Of a stretch of DNA of 64,000 nucleotides, positions 43,950 through 55,261 are shown in pieces. Under the pieces are notes generated by a model. It made no database searches. It saw nothing but the letters and a program-made list of their open reading frames with translations, and had not been told where the DNA came from. Every line of letters starts with the position of its first letter. Positions within the stretch are counted from its first letter, which is position 1. The stretch comes from Thermodesulfobacteriota bacterium. Lineage in GTDB: Bacteria > Desulfobacterota > Desulfovibrionia > Desulfovibrionales > Desulfovibrionaceae. The DNA is taken from the NCBI GenBank assembly GCA_049322415.1, contig JBMORI010000039.1, positions 8,210-72,209 of the forward strand, given 5' to 3'. Position numbers and translations under genes: made by a program.

Positions 43950-43977
43950 GGCCCGCCGCGCGCATGCGCGGCGGGCC
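43950..43977. repeat. Perfect 28-nt GC palindrome after pgi
   Basis: ggcccgccgcgcgcatgcgcggcgggcc. Confidence 0.5.
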
Positions 43978-44026
43978 GTCGCCCTTGCCGCGCGCGGCGC
44001 AAGGAAGCGGGAGCGGGGAACGCCGG

Positions 44027-45835
44027 ATGAGCGTTGCAAGCGAGGGGGCGAAACGCTCCGACACCTCCTTCGGGCTTCTCAAGTTCGTCTCCTGGGGCAC
44101 GCTGGTGCTCATCCTGCTCTCCAGCCTGTTCCTCTCCATCTTCCTGGCCAACCAGGCCCGGCAGGCCCTGCTCGAAAAACAGCGCGACTTCGCCCAGCTT
44201 CTGGCCACCACCCTGGGCAACGACATCAACAAGCGCTTCTATATCCCCAATTTCTGGGCATTCGGAAGGCCCGACCTGGGCAAGCCCGACCAGTACAAGC
44301 GCCTGGACGAGGTGGTCCACTTCGCGCTCGAGGGCTCCCCCGCCCGCGACATACGCCTCTACGACCCGTCCGGGCTCGTGGTGTACGCACAGGACAAGGC
44401 CCTGCTCGGCAAGGAAGGGCTCGGCGGGGAGTCCATCCTTCAGGCCGTGAACGAGGAGAAGTTCTCCTACGAGTTCATCTACCAGGCCAGCTCTCTTGGG
44501 GCCTTCTTCTCCGCCGGGATAGAGCCCAATTCCGTGACCATGCGCGTGTACGCCCCGCTTCGCATCAAGGGAGTGATCCCGGTGGCCATGCTGGACGGCG
44601 AGGGCCTGCCGCAGGGCAACGGCGCCTCGCCCAGGACGGACGCCCCGGCGTCAAGCAAGGACGCCGGACAACCCGGCGGCGCGGAAGTCCGGGGAGAGGC
44701 GGCGCCCTCCGGCGGCGTCCCCCAGGAGCCGCCCCGGCGCGAAGAGCTTCCCGGCCGCATGGCCCCTTTCGAGAGCGGGGCCGCGGGGCCAGCCAGTGAA
44801 GCCGCGCCGTCCGCCGGACCGGACGCCCCGGCTGAGCCCTCCTCCGCCCGGAAGCCGTCAGGCGCGTCCAGGGTCCCGTCCTCGGCCCTGGAGCCTTCCT
44901 CGGCGCTGCCCGGCCAGCCGGCGGGCCGCCTGGTGGAGGTGGAGGGTGTCATCGGCGGCCTTGAATTCACCATGGACATCACCCCGGACTACCAGAAGCT
45001 CATCACCTTCCAGCGAATCATCATCTTCGCCAACCTGGCCAACGCTCTGGTGATCTTCTTCATACTGCGCACGCTCATCCACCGCGCCGACAGGATAAGC
45101 GCCCAGCGCATGAAGGAGAAAGAGGAGTTCGAGCGCGAGATCGTCCAGAACGAGAAGCTGGCCAGCATGGGCCGCATGGTGGCGGGCATCGCCCACGAGA
45201 TACGAAACCCCCTGGGCATCATCCGCTCAAGCTCGGAACTCCTGGTGTCCCGCATGAAGGACAAGGACCCCCTGACCGCCAAGATCCTCACGGCCATCAA
45301 CGAGGAGGCCGTGCGCCTCTCCAAGACCGTGGGCGAGTTCCTGGACTACGCCAGGCCCAAGCCCCTCAGGCTCGAACCCGTGGATCTGGGCGTGGTGCTG
45401 GACCAGGTGCTGGCCTTCCTGGAGCAGAAGTGCCGGGAGCTGGACGTGGAGGTGGTGCGGGACTACCAGCCCGGGCTCACGGTGCGGGGCGACAAGGACC
45501 TGCTTTACCGGGCCATCTACAACATCCTGGCCAACGCCATGGAGGCCATGGCCGGGCAGCCGCGAGACGAGGACGAGGGCATGCGCGGGCAGATCGTGGT
45601 GCGGGCGTCGCTGGAAAAAGAGGGACCCGTCCTGACCGTGCTGGACACCGGGCCGGGCATCCCGGCGGACATCCGCGACAAGCTCACCGACCCGTTCTTC
45701 ACCACCAAGCAGAACGGCACGGGGCTGGGACTGGCCATAACCGCCAACATCCTTCGCGGCCACGGCGCCGCGCTCGCGCTTGGCGACAACCCCGGCGGCG
45801 GCGCGAGGGTGGACATCCTCTTCCCCACGTCCTAG
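44027..45835 (+). CDS. Sensor histidine kinase with two TM segments and a Pro/Ala/Ser/Gly-rich insertion in the extracytoplasmic domain
   Basis: Track ORF trimmed to MSVASEG.... The H-box is MVAGIAHEIRNPL. ANAMEAM, DTGPGI and GTGLGL motifs are present. The low-complexity stretch spans nt 44594-44929. Confidence 0.85.
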   Translation: MSVASEGAKRSDTSFGLLKFVSWGTLVLILLSSLFLSIFLANQARQALLEKQRDFAQLLATTLGNDINKRFYIPNFWAFGRPDLGKPDQYKRLDEVVHFALEGSPARDIRLYDPSGLVVYAQDKALLGKEGLGGESILQAVNEEKFSYEFIYQASSLGAFFSAGIEPNSVTMRVYAPLRIKGVIPVAMLDGEGLPQGNGASPRTDAPASSKDAGQPGGAEVRGEAAPSGGVPQEPPRREELPGRMAPFESGAAGPASEAAPSAGPDAPAEPSSARKPSGASRVPSSALEPSSALPGQPAGRLVEVEGVIGGLEFTMDITPDYQKLITFQRIIIFANLANALVIFFILRTLIHRADRISAQRMKEKEEFEREIVQNEKLASMGRMVAGIAHEIRNPLGIIRSSSELLVSRMKDKDPLTAKILTAINEEAVRLSKTVGEFLDYARPKPLRLEPVDLGVVLDQVLAFLEQKCRELDVEVVRDYQPGLTVRGDKDLLYRAIYNILANAMEAMAGQPRDEDEGMRGQIVVRASLEKEGPVLTVLDTGPGIPADIRDKLTDPFFTTKQNGTGLGLAITANILRGHGAALALGDNPGGGARVDILFPTS

Positions 45836-45847
45836 ATTCCCCCGGCC

Positions 45848-47207
<1,360 letters not shown>

Positions 47208-47221
<14 letters not shown>

Positions 47222-50111
47222 TTCCTCCCTCCGGGGGGACGTCGCCGAGTACGTGGCGGCCCTCAAGGCGGCCGACCGCCTGAAGGACCGCATCTGCTGC
47301 CACCGGGTGATCCCTGCCCGGGATGCCGCCTACGGCGAACCGGTCCGTCCCCTGTCGCGCGCAGTGACGGAGCTCCTGGCCGCGCGCGGCATCGAGCGCC
47401 TCTATTCCCACCAGGCCCTGTGCCACTCCCTGGCCCGCGCCGGGCGGCACGTGGTGGCGGCCACGCCCACCGCCTCGGGCAAGACCCTCACCTACACCCT
47501 GCCGGTGCTGGAGCAGGTTCTGGCCGACCCGGCCAGCCGGGCGCTGTTCCTCTTCCCGCTCAAGGCCCTGGCCCAGGACCAACTCCGGGCCTTCAATGAG
47601 CTCACTGCCGGGCTTCCAGAGTCGGCACGTCCCACGGCCGCCGTCTACGACGGCGACACCACCCAGTACGCGCGCGGCAAGCTCCGCAAGAACCCGCCGA
47701 ACATCCTCATCACCAACCCGGAGATGCTCCACCTCTCCATCCTGCCGCACCAGGAGACCTGGGCCACCTTCCTGGCCGGTCTCACCCACGTGGTGGTGGA
47801 CGAGGTGCACACCTACAGGGGGGTGATGGGCTCGCACATGGCTCACGTTTTCAGGCGGCTTAACCGGGTGTGCGAGCGCTTCGGCGCACGGCCCGCGCAC
47901 CTTTTCTGCTCGGCAACCATAGGCAATCCCGGCGAGCTGGCCCGCGCCCTCACCGGCCTGCCCGTGGAGGTGGTCTCCGAGTCCGGCGCGCCGCAGGGCA
48001 AGCGCCACTTCCTGTTCGTGAACCCCCTGGAGGGCGCGGCCCACACGGCCATCCTGCTGCTCAAGGCAGCCCTGGCCAGGGGGCTTCGCACCATCGTGTA
48101 CTGCCAGTCCCGCAAGATGACCGAGCTGGTGGCCCTGTGGGCCTCGGAGAGAGCCGGGCCCATGGCGCCGCGCATCAGCGCCTACCGCTCGGGTTTTTTG
48201 CCCGAGGAGCGCCGGGACATCGAGGCCAGGATGGCCTCCGGGGAACTTCTGGCGGTCATCTCCACCTCGGCCCTGGAACTGGGTATCGACATCGGCGGCC
48301 TGGACCTGTGCATCCTGGCGGGCTACCCGGGCACGGTGATGTCCACCTGGCAGCGCGGGGGCAGGGTGGGGCGCAGCCAGCGCGAGTCCGCCGTGATCCT
48401 GGTGGCGGGGGAGGACGCCCTGGATCAGTACTTCATGCGCCACCCCGACGACTTCTTCGACCGTCCCCCCGAGGACGCCGTGGTCAACCCGGACAACCCG
48501 GCCATCATGGCCCGGCACCTGGAGTGCGCAGCCGCCGAGTACGCCCTGCGCCCGGGCGAGGCCTACCTGGCCTCGGACGCCGCGCGGAAAGGGGTGGAGA
48601 GGCTCATGGGCAAGGGCAGGCTGCTGCTCGACGCCAAGGGCGAGCGCATACACGCCGCCCGCAAGGCTCCGCACCGCGACGTGGACCTGCGAGGCTCCGG
48701 CGGGCGCTACCACATAGAGGCCGCGGACGGGGCGAGCGTGGGCTTCATGGACGAGCACCGCGCCTTTCGCGAGACGCATCCGGGCGCGGTCTACCTGCAC
48801 CGGGGCGTGAGCTACGTGGTGGAGTCCCTGTCCATCTCCGAACGCCGGGCGTTGGTGGAGCCCCGCAAGGTGGACTACTACACCCGCACCCGGGGCCACA
48901 AAGCCACGGAGATCCTGGAGGTGAAGGAGCAGGGGGCCGCCTTCGGGGCCAGGGTGGGACTTGGCCGCCTCAAGGTGACGGAGACAATCACGGGCTACGA
49001 GCGGCGTAAGACTCGGGGAGGCCAGCTCCTCAACATCGTCCCGCTGGACCTGCCGCCCCTCACCTTCGAGACCGAGGGGCTGTGGTACGAGATTCCCCGG
49101 GCCGTGCAGGACGAGGCCGAGCGCAGGCTGTTCCACTTCATGGGGGGCATCCACGCCTTCGAGCACGCGGCCATCGGCATCCTGCCGCTTCTTGTCATGA
49201 CCGACCGTAACGACCTGGGCGGCATCTCCACGCCGCTGCACCCCCAGCTTGGCCGGGCGGCCGTGTTCATCTACGACGGCGTGCCTGGCGGCGTGGGCCT
49301 TACCCGCCAGGCCTTCGGCAGGGCCTCGGAGCTTCTTGAGCGCACGCTCGCGGCCATCACCGGCTGCCAGTGCGAGAACGGCTGCCCCTCCTGCGTGCAT
49401 TCGCCCAAGTGCGGCTCGGGCAACCGGCCCATCGACAAGGTCGCGGCCCGGTTCGTGGTGGAGGCCGTGATCCGGGGCGAGCCCGAGAGCGCGGAACCCT
49501 TCGCCGTGGAGACGGTGTCGGCCCCCGTGCCGGACAAGGCCGGAGGCGAAGCCCCGCCCCTGCCGCTCGAGGCTCCATCTCGCTTCGCCGTGTTCGACCT
49601 GGAGACCCAGCTCTCGGCCCAGGAGGTGGGCGGCTGGCACAACGCCCGCAAGATGCGCATCTCGGCCGGGGTGGTCTACGACTCGGCACTGGACGACTTT
49701 ATCGTGTTCACCGAGGACAGGGCGGGGGAGCTGGTGGAGGCGCTCACGAAGGCAGACCTGGTGGTGGGGTTCAACGTGAACCGCTTCGACTACGAGGTGC
49801 TCAGGGGCTACACGGACTTCGACTTCGGCAGGCTCCCCACGCTTGACATGCTCGAACACGTCAAGGCGCGCATCGGGGTGCGCGTTTCGCTGGACACCCT
49901 GGCCTCCGCGACCCTCAATGCGGCCAAGACCGCCGACGGCCTCACGGCCCTTGAGTGGTGGAAGCAGGGGCGGCTGGACGACATCATCCGCTACTGCAAG
50001 GCGGACGTGGCCATCACCCGCGACCTCTACCTCTTCGGCCGGGACAACGGCTACCTGCTCTACGCCAACAAGGCCCGGAAGATCGTGCGCTGCCCGGTAC
50101 TGTGGCGGTAG
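47208..50111 (+). CDS. DEAD/DEAH-box helicase with a DUF1998 (Zn-Cys4) domain, fused to a C-terminal DnaQ/RNase-H-like 3'-5' exonuclease domain (MrfA-MrfB-like fusion)
   Basis: 967 aa. Helicase motifs are TPTASGKT, VVDEVH, CSAT and QRGGRVGR. The Cys cluster is CQCENGCPSCVHSPKCGSGN. The exonuclease motifs in the last approximately 176 aa (nt 49581-50108) are FAVFDLET, GFNVNRFDYEVL and YCKADVAIT. The start is uncertain: TTG at 47208 (overlapping the regulator gene stop) or GTG at 47253. Confidence 0.8.
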
Positions 50112-50216
50112 GCTTTTTAGCCGCTTGTCAGAATGCCCGGCACGGGCTAAGGGTTCGATAAGACTTGACCGTGAGGCGTCACGGACGCTCCGGTGAACGA
50201 ACAAGGACGAATACTC

Positions 50217-50666
50217 ATGAAGTTGACCACGCGAAGCAGGTACGGCACCCGGATGCTCCTGGACCTGGCCCAGAACGGCGGCAACGGCCCGGTGAGGGTC
50301 AGCGAGATAGCCCAGCGCCAGGGGATTTCGGTCAAGTATCTCGAAAAGCTCTCCCGTATCCTGAAGAAGGCGGGGCTCATCCGGAGCATGCGCGGCTCCA
50401 AGGGCGGGCACCTGCTGGCCAAGCCGCCGGCGGACATCTCCATGGGCGAGATCGTGCGCGCCCTGGAGGGCGACCTGAATCTCGTCACCTGCTGGACCGA
50501 ACGCACCAGCTGCCCGAGGCTCAAGACCTGCGTCACAAGCAAGCTCTGGCAGGAGGTCAGCCGGGCGCTGCTTGAGCGTCTGGACTCCATGACGCTCGAG
50601 GAGCTTCTGAAAAGCGCCTCCGGCGACGAGGGCCTGATCGCCTGCGAATCCGGCAAGCATTCCTGA
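50217..50666 (+). CDS. Rrf2-family transcriptional regulator
   Basis: Track ORF trimmed to MKLTTRSRYGTRMLLDLA.... The wHTH region is VRVSEIAQRQGISVKYLEKLSRILKKAGLIRSMRGSKGGHLLA. The Cys triad C-x8-C-x5-C reads CWTERTSCPRLKTC. Confidence 0.9.
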   Translation: MKLTTRSRYGTRMLLDLAQNGGNGPVRVSEIAQRQGISVKYLEKLSRILKKAGLIRSMRGSKGGHLLAKPPADISMGEIVRALEGDLNLVTCWTERTSCPRLKTCVTSKLWQEVSRALLERLDSMTLEELLKSASGDEGLIACESGKHS

Positions 50667-50908
50667 CCGTATCCTCCGCTTCATCCTGATTCATGCGGGG
50701 CAGCCCGTTCCTCTGGGGGCCGGGCGCCCCGCGGTTTCGTCCTCATGGACGGTCCTGGCTTCGCGGGGTCCGTTTCCCATCTGGTAAGGATTGCCTTTAC
50801 GGAAGGCTTCCTTGCTGCCTGTTCCATCCGGACTTTTCCAGTACACTTTGTCTTTCCTTGGTTGTTCTTTTCCTCACAATCCGGCGTGCCCACCATCCAG
50901 GCAAGCAG

Positions 50909-50928
50909 AATAGCATACTGTTGCGGTA
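50909..50928 (+). promoter_or_regulatory. Shared 20-nt motif, copy 1 (candidate operator or promoter element) upstream of the cytochrome b operon
   Basis: aatagcatactgttgcggta. 18 of 20 positions are identical to 54097-54116. It contains the dyad CATAC-N7-GTATG and overlaps the -10-like TATGAT (50927-50932). Confidence 0.4.
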
Positions 50929-51434
50929 TGATTTTATGTTGCGCCGTGCAGATTTCCCTTCCGCAAGAGTAGGGAAGCAGTCGCTTGACAGATAGTTCAC
51001 GTGGTAGTAGGGCGCATATACCCGAGTTCAAAAGACTATGGCGCTGATGCCGGTTTACTGCCAGAGGCCGGCGCGGGCCAGTTACCAGTCTGAACCCGGG
51101 TGATCGGCGAGAGCTGATAGGTTGCGACAGTATCATTTGCTGACGCGGACGATGGATGGGGTGGGGAACTTCTGTCCGTGCGCGAAGCGGCAACGTCCAT
51201 CCCGCGTTCATGGCGGGGCCGGATGCGCCGCATCGCGACGAGCGGCGAGGGCTTGCGCCGTTGGCGGCCCCTTGCGTGCGGACCGTTTGCTTTGCCGGAG
51301 TTCTTCCAGACACCCTCCCGACATTCGCCGAAGACGTGCATGAGCCGCCCGGGATCGGGCGGAACGCTGTTGGCGGCCGGTTGCGCATGGCGCCCGGCAG
51401 GTGACGTAGGCCCATCACTTTTAAAGGAGACGCC

Positions 51435-52085
51435 ATGTACGCATTCGTGAACGGTCCATTGGTATGGATTGCCTTCGCCGTGTTCGTCTTCGGCAGCTTG
51501 TGGCAGATCGTGAGTCTGTACAAAATGTCGAAGCGCACGGATAAGGTCTTCTACGACCACTACAACCCCGGCGCCGCCGCCGCGTCCGTCTGGGCCTGGC
51601 TCATTCCCTTCGGCTCCCGCAGCTGGCGCGAGCATCCGGGCATGGCCCTGGGCACGACCATCTTCCACATCTGCCTCATCATCGTGCCGGTCTTCGCGCT
51701 GGGCCACGCCTCCACCCTGGACTTCAACTTCGGCGTCGCCTGGCCCAGCATCCCCGACGGCCTGGCCGACAAGATGACCATGGCCTTCCTGGCCGCCGCG
51801 CTGTTCCTGCTCGCCCGCCGCTTCGTCCTTCCCCAGGTGCGCATCGTCACCGAGCCCAAGGACATCGTGGTCTGGGTCATAACCGTGCTGCCCTTCCTGA
51901 CCGGGTTCATGAGCTACCACAAGCTGCTGCTCGACCCCGACACCATGCTCATGCTGCACGTGCTCACCGGCTGCCTGATGCTCATAAGCATCCCCTTCAC
52001 CAAGCTGGCCCACGTGTTCCTGTTCTTCATGACCCGCGCCTTCATCGGCAGCGAGTTCGCCCGCCGCGGCACCAAGACCTGGTAG
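51435..52085 (+). CDS. Membrane di-heme cytochrome b, NarI/DsrM/HmcE/TmcC-like
   Basis: 216 aa with five hydrophobic spans. Conserved His residues lie in TM helices (TIFHICLIIVP, ALGHAS, MLMLHVLTG, TKLAHVF). An AAAGGAGA Shine-Dalgarno precedes the gene. Confidence 0.75.
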   Translation: MYAFVNGPLVWIAFAVFVFGSLWQIVSLYKMSKRTDKVFYDHYNPGAAAASVWAWLIPFGSRSWREHPGMALGTTIFHICLIIVPVFALGHASTLDFNFGVAWPSIPDGLADKMTMAFLAAALFLLARRFVLPQVRIVTEPKDIVVWVITVLPFLTGFMSYHKLLLDPDTMLMLHVLTGCLMLISIPFTKLAHVFLFFMTRAFIGSEFARRGTKTW

Positions 52086-52097
52086 GAGGCACACACC

Positions 52098-53396
52098 ATG
52101 TCCGATCAGAAGCCCGTCAACGCCGAAGAGATCATGGCGGTCATCGAGCGCAACGACACCGCGCGCCTGCGCGCGTGGCTCAAGACCTGCGTCTCCTGCG
52201 GCCTTTGCTCCGAGTCCTGCTTCTTCTACCTGGCCAACGAGAACAAGCCCGAGTTCATGCCCCAGTACAAGGCCCGCGTGACCCTGGGCACGCTCATGAA
52301 GAACAAGGGCAACGTCACCCGCGAACAGCTCGAGGAGATGAAGGAAGTCGCCTGGGGACGCTGCACCATGTGCCGCCGCTGCTCCCAGTACTGCCCCTTC
52401 GGCATCGAGATCGCCCTCATGATCAACATCGCGCGCCAGTGCATGCGCACCCAGGACGTCTGCCCCGACAGGCTCATGACCATCGACCAGAGCTACGTCG
52501 AGTTCGGCAACCAGATGTCCATCCCCGACGAGGAGTTCGTCGAAACCTGCGAGTGGATGGCCGAGGAAGGCCAGGACCGCGTCAAGGACCTGGAGATTCC
52601 CATCGACAAGGAGGACACGGACATCATGTTCGTGGTCAACTCCCGCGAGCCCAAGTACTACCCGCAGGACATCCAGGAAGCGGCCATGGTCATGCACGTG
52701 GCCGGCGAGAACTGGACCATGCCTTCCCACGGCTGGGAAGCCACCAACCTCTCCATGTTCTCGGGCAACCTCAAGGTGGCCGGACAGGTCACGCAGACTC
52801 TCTACGACGCCGCCCAGAAGCTGCGCGCCAAGAAGATCTGCATCACCGAGTGCGGCCACGCCTACCGCGCCGCCAAGTACGAGGGCCCCTACTGGACCAA
52901 GCAGCCCGGAGGCAAGGCGCCGGTGGAAGTGACCCACGCGGTCGCGCTCTTCCACGGCTACCTTAAGGAAGGCAGGATCAAGCTGAAGCACAAGTTCAAG
53001 GAGCCCATCACCTACCAGCACCCCTGCAACCTCTCCCGCTCGGGCGACCTGGGCGAGTTCGGCGACGAGCTCATGGAGATGCTCTGCGAGAACTTCGTCC
53101 CCATGGAGCCCCACCGCGAATGGAGCCACTGCTGCTGCGGCGGCGGCGGGTTCATCCCCATGGGCGCGGACTACAAGAAGACCCGCATGATCGCGGGCAA
53201 GGTCAAGGCTGAGCAGATCCAGAAGACCGGTTGCAAGTTCGTGCTGGTGCCCTGCCACAACTGCACCGACCAGATCAACGACCTCAACAAGGAATACGAT
53301 CTGGGCATCAAGGTCATGAGCTTCAAGGAGCTCATCTGCGAGCTGATGGAACTTCCGCCCCACATGCAGCCCGAAGGATACGAGGAGGACGAGTAA
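52098..53396 (+). CDS. HdrD/DsrK/HmcF/TmcB-like iron-sulfur oxidoreductase with a CCG domain
   Basis: 432 aa. The 4Fe-4S motifs are CVSCGLCSESC and CTMCRRCSQYCP. The CCG-type cysteines are CITECGHAY, CNLSR, HCCCGGGG and PCHNC. Confidence 0.8.
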   Translation: MSDQKPVNAEEIMAVIERNDTARLRAWLKTCVSCGLCSESCFFYLANENKPEFMPQYKARVTLGTLMKNKGNVTREQLEEMKEVAWGRCTMCRRCSQYCPFGIEIALMINIARQCMRTQDVCPDRLMTIDQSYVEFGNQMSIPDEEFVETCEWMAEEGQDRVKDLEIPIDKEDTDIMFVVNSREPKYYPQDIQEAAMVMHVAGENWTMPSHGWEATNLSMFSGNLKVAGQVTQTLYDAAQKLRAKKICITECGHAYRAAKYEGPYWTKQPGGKAPVEVTHAVALFHGYLKEGRIKLKHKFKEPITYQHPCNLSRSGDLGEFGDELMEMLCENFVPMEPHREWSHCCCGGGGFIPMGADYKKTRMIAGKVKAEQIQKTGCKFVLVPCHNCTDQINDLNKEYDLGIKVMSFKELICELMELPPHMQPEGYEEDE

Positions 53397-53815
53397 TGCG
53401 CCGCACCCACACTCTCGCCGCCCTGTTCGCGGCCCTCACGCTCTGCGCGTTCGCCCTGACGGTCAACGCCCAGGACGACAACATGGTCCTCAAGAACGAC
53501 AAGGCCTTCGCCGGCGGCCTGCAGCGCGGCCCGGTGAAGTTCAGCCACGGCAAGCACACCATGCCCGTCTCCGCCAAGGGCTACGGGGTGGAGGACTGCC
53601 AGAAGTGCCACCACAAGTACGGCAAGGACAAGAAGAACACCTGGGAGCCCGGCGACGAGACCTCCTGCGCGGCCTGCCACGCCGGCGCAAAGCCCCAGAG
53701 CACGATCAAGCTGGAAAAGGCCTTCCACCAGCTCTGCTGGGGCTGTCACGAGAAGCCCACCAAGGAAATGAAGTACGGGCCGCGTTCCTGCGCCGGGTGC
53801 CATGAAGTGAAGTAG
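53396..53815 (+). CDS. Tetraheme cytochrome c3 (type II / TmcA-like)
   Basis: 139 aa. Its ATG overlaps the upstream TAA (TAATG). It has a signal peptide and four CxxCH motifs: CQKCH, CAACH, CWGCH and CAGCH. Confidence 0.85.
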   Translation: MRRTHTLAALFAALTLCAFALTVNAQDDNMVLKNDKAFAGGLQRGPVKFSHGKHTMPVSAKGYGVEDCQKCHHKYGKDKKNTWEPGDETSCAACHAGAKPQSTIKLEKAFHQLCWGCHEKPTKEMKYGPRSCAGCHEVK

Positions 53816-53872
53816 CCCAATATCAGGCCGGGAAGTCCCCATCCCCGCCGCCCCGGTTTCCGGGGGCCTCTG

Positions 53873-53897
53873 GCCCCGGAAGCCGGGGCACTTTTTT
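53873..53897 (+). terminator. Intrinsic terminator after the c3 gene
   Basis: gccccgg-aag-ccggggc, followed by ac-tttttt. A second hairpin lies at 53896-53918 (tttgttcct-ctg-aggaacaaa). Confidence 0.75.
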
Positions 53898-54096
53898 GTT
53901 TGTTCCTCTGAGGAACAAAGTCCGGGAGCCGGGGAGAGGCGGTTTGAAGCCGGCACGGACTGATCTCGTGAACGCAAGGCGGGAGCGGGCGGGCAGCCTG
54001 GCCGGGATCGTCCAGGGGCGCGAGGCCCGCTCCCGGCGAAGCGGGCTGACTCCGATGATACGTGCTGGAAGGCGTCTGCTGGATGAGATATGCCGC

Positions 54097-54116
54097 AATA
54101 TCATACTATTGCGGTA
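54097..54116 (+). promoter_or_regulatory. Shared 20-nt motif, copy 2, upstream of the nine-heme cytochrome operon
   Basis: aatatcatactattgcggta. It is embedded in the perfect dyad CCGCAATA-N6-TATTGCGG (54093-54114) and in ATACTA-N6-TAGTAT. TATAAT lies at 54120-54125. Confidence 0.4.
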
Positions 54117-54396
54117 GTATATAATGCGTATGAAAATTGAAATTCACTCCGCCCAAAAGGGGTATGAGGACCGCAGAGCAAGGCTGGCTCTGGAATCCCT
54201 CCCGGCGGGACCCGCCAGGCCAGCCAAGCCAGCATGTCCCTTCTTTCACGAACATCTTGACGAAGCTCTTGCATGTGTTCTAGTGGCTGTCCAAAATCGT
54301 TTCTGGCCAGCTGTTTAGGCAGCGCCGCGTTGCAGGAAGGGTGGGGTTTCCGGCGTCGTGGGTTCTTAAGGCATTCAACCCTAGAGGCAAGGACGG

Positions 54397-55251
54397 ATGC
54401 GTATGGTGAAACGTGTTTCCAGGTCACGGTGGGGCAGGGTCTTTCTCCTGACCCTCACGCTTTCCCTGGCGTCGGCCATGATGGCCGGATTCGGGATCGA
54501 CGTGGGCGGACAGGCCAAGGCGCAGTCGCCGCAAATGATCGTGAGCGGTACCGCCATCGGCGGAAAGCCCGGACAGGGACCGCTGTCCAAGGCGTCCTTC
54601 AACCATCAAAAGCACGAGGCGGCGGTCCCGAACTGCGATACCTGCCACCATACCGGCTCCCAGGATCCTTGCTCCACGTGCCACACCAGCCAGGGCTCCC
54701 CTGAAGGCGGGAACATCCAGCTTTCCGAGGCCATGCACAAGAGCCAGTCCAAGGTCAGCTGCGTGGGCTGCCACAACGAGGCCGCCAAGAAGCCCCAGTG
54801 CGCCGGCTGCCACCAGAACATCAAGCCCGGACCCAACCCGGCCTCCTGCGCCAACTGCCACAAGGACCCGAAGGCCGCCAAGGCCCCGGCGCCCGCCCCG
54901 GCGCAGCCCGACACCGTCGAGATCGGCGTGCTCTCCAAGAAGTACATGCCCGTGTCCTTCAACCACTCCGCTCACGTGGACTACCTGAAGGACGCCGCCA
55001 AGGGCGACCTGGGCAAGGCGTTCCACTCTCAGTCCGGCGTCTTCTGCCAGGGCTGCCACCACCAGACCCCGGCGGACATGGCTCCTCCCAAGTGCGCCAC
55101 CTGCCACGGCAAGCCGTACTCCGCGGACGAGCCCAAGCGCCCCGGTCTGATGGCCGCCTACCATCTCCAGTGCATCCAGTGTCACAAGGCCATGAACGTC
55201 GAACCCGTCGCGGCCACCGATTGCACGGGCTGCCACGCGCCCAAGAAATAA
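54397..55251 (+). CDS. nhcA: Nine-heme periplasmic cytochrome c (NhcA/9Hc type)
   Basis: 284 aa. It has a signal peptide and nine CxxCH motifs: CDTCH, CSTCH, CVGCH, CAGCH, CANCH, CQGCH, CATCH, CIQCH and CTGCH. Confidence 0.85.
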   Translation: MRMVKRVSRSRWGRVFLLTLTLSLASAMMAGFGIDVGGQAKAQSPQMIVSGTAIGGKPGQGPLSKASFNHQKHEAAVPNCDTCHHTGSQDPCSTCHTSQGSPEGGNIQLSEAMHKSQSKVSCVGCHNEAAKKPQCAGCHQNIKPGPNPASCANCHKDPKAAKAPAPAPAQPDTVEIGVLSKKYMPVSFNHSAHVDYLKDAAKGDLGKAFHSQSGVFCQGCHHQTPADMAPPKCATCHGKPYSADEPKRPGLMAAYHLQCIQCHKAMNVEPVAATDCTGCHAPKK

Positions 55252-55261
55252 CGAGGTACCT

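Noticed and set aside
42509-44320. 603-aa minus-strand ORF
   Set aside because: It is antisense to pgi and has no motifs. It is a GC-driven artefact.
51257-51385. Two TTGGCGGCC-NN-TTGCG sequences resembling sigma-54 -24/-12 elements (about 51259 and 51369)
   Set aside because: The GG to GC spacing is one nucleotide shorter than the canonical TGGCAC-N5-TTGC geometry in both copies. They are noted only as a duplicated motif, not called as promoters.
50681-51538. 285-aa minus-strand ORF, and several 60-100-aa ORFs, inside the long spacer upstream of the cytochrome b operon
   Set aside because: There is no Shine-Dalgarno, and the products are patchy and Arg/Pro-rich without hydrophobic-core periodicity. 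The region is better explained as a long leader or regulatory region. A small gene or sRNA cannot be excluded without expression data.
51036-53363. 775-aa ORF on the minus strand
   Set aside because: It is antisense to the cytochrome b and CCG iron-sulfur genes and has low-complexity G/A/V/H/D composition.
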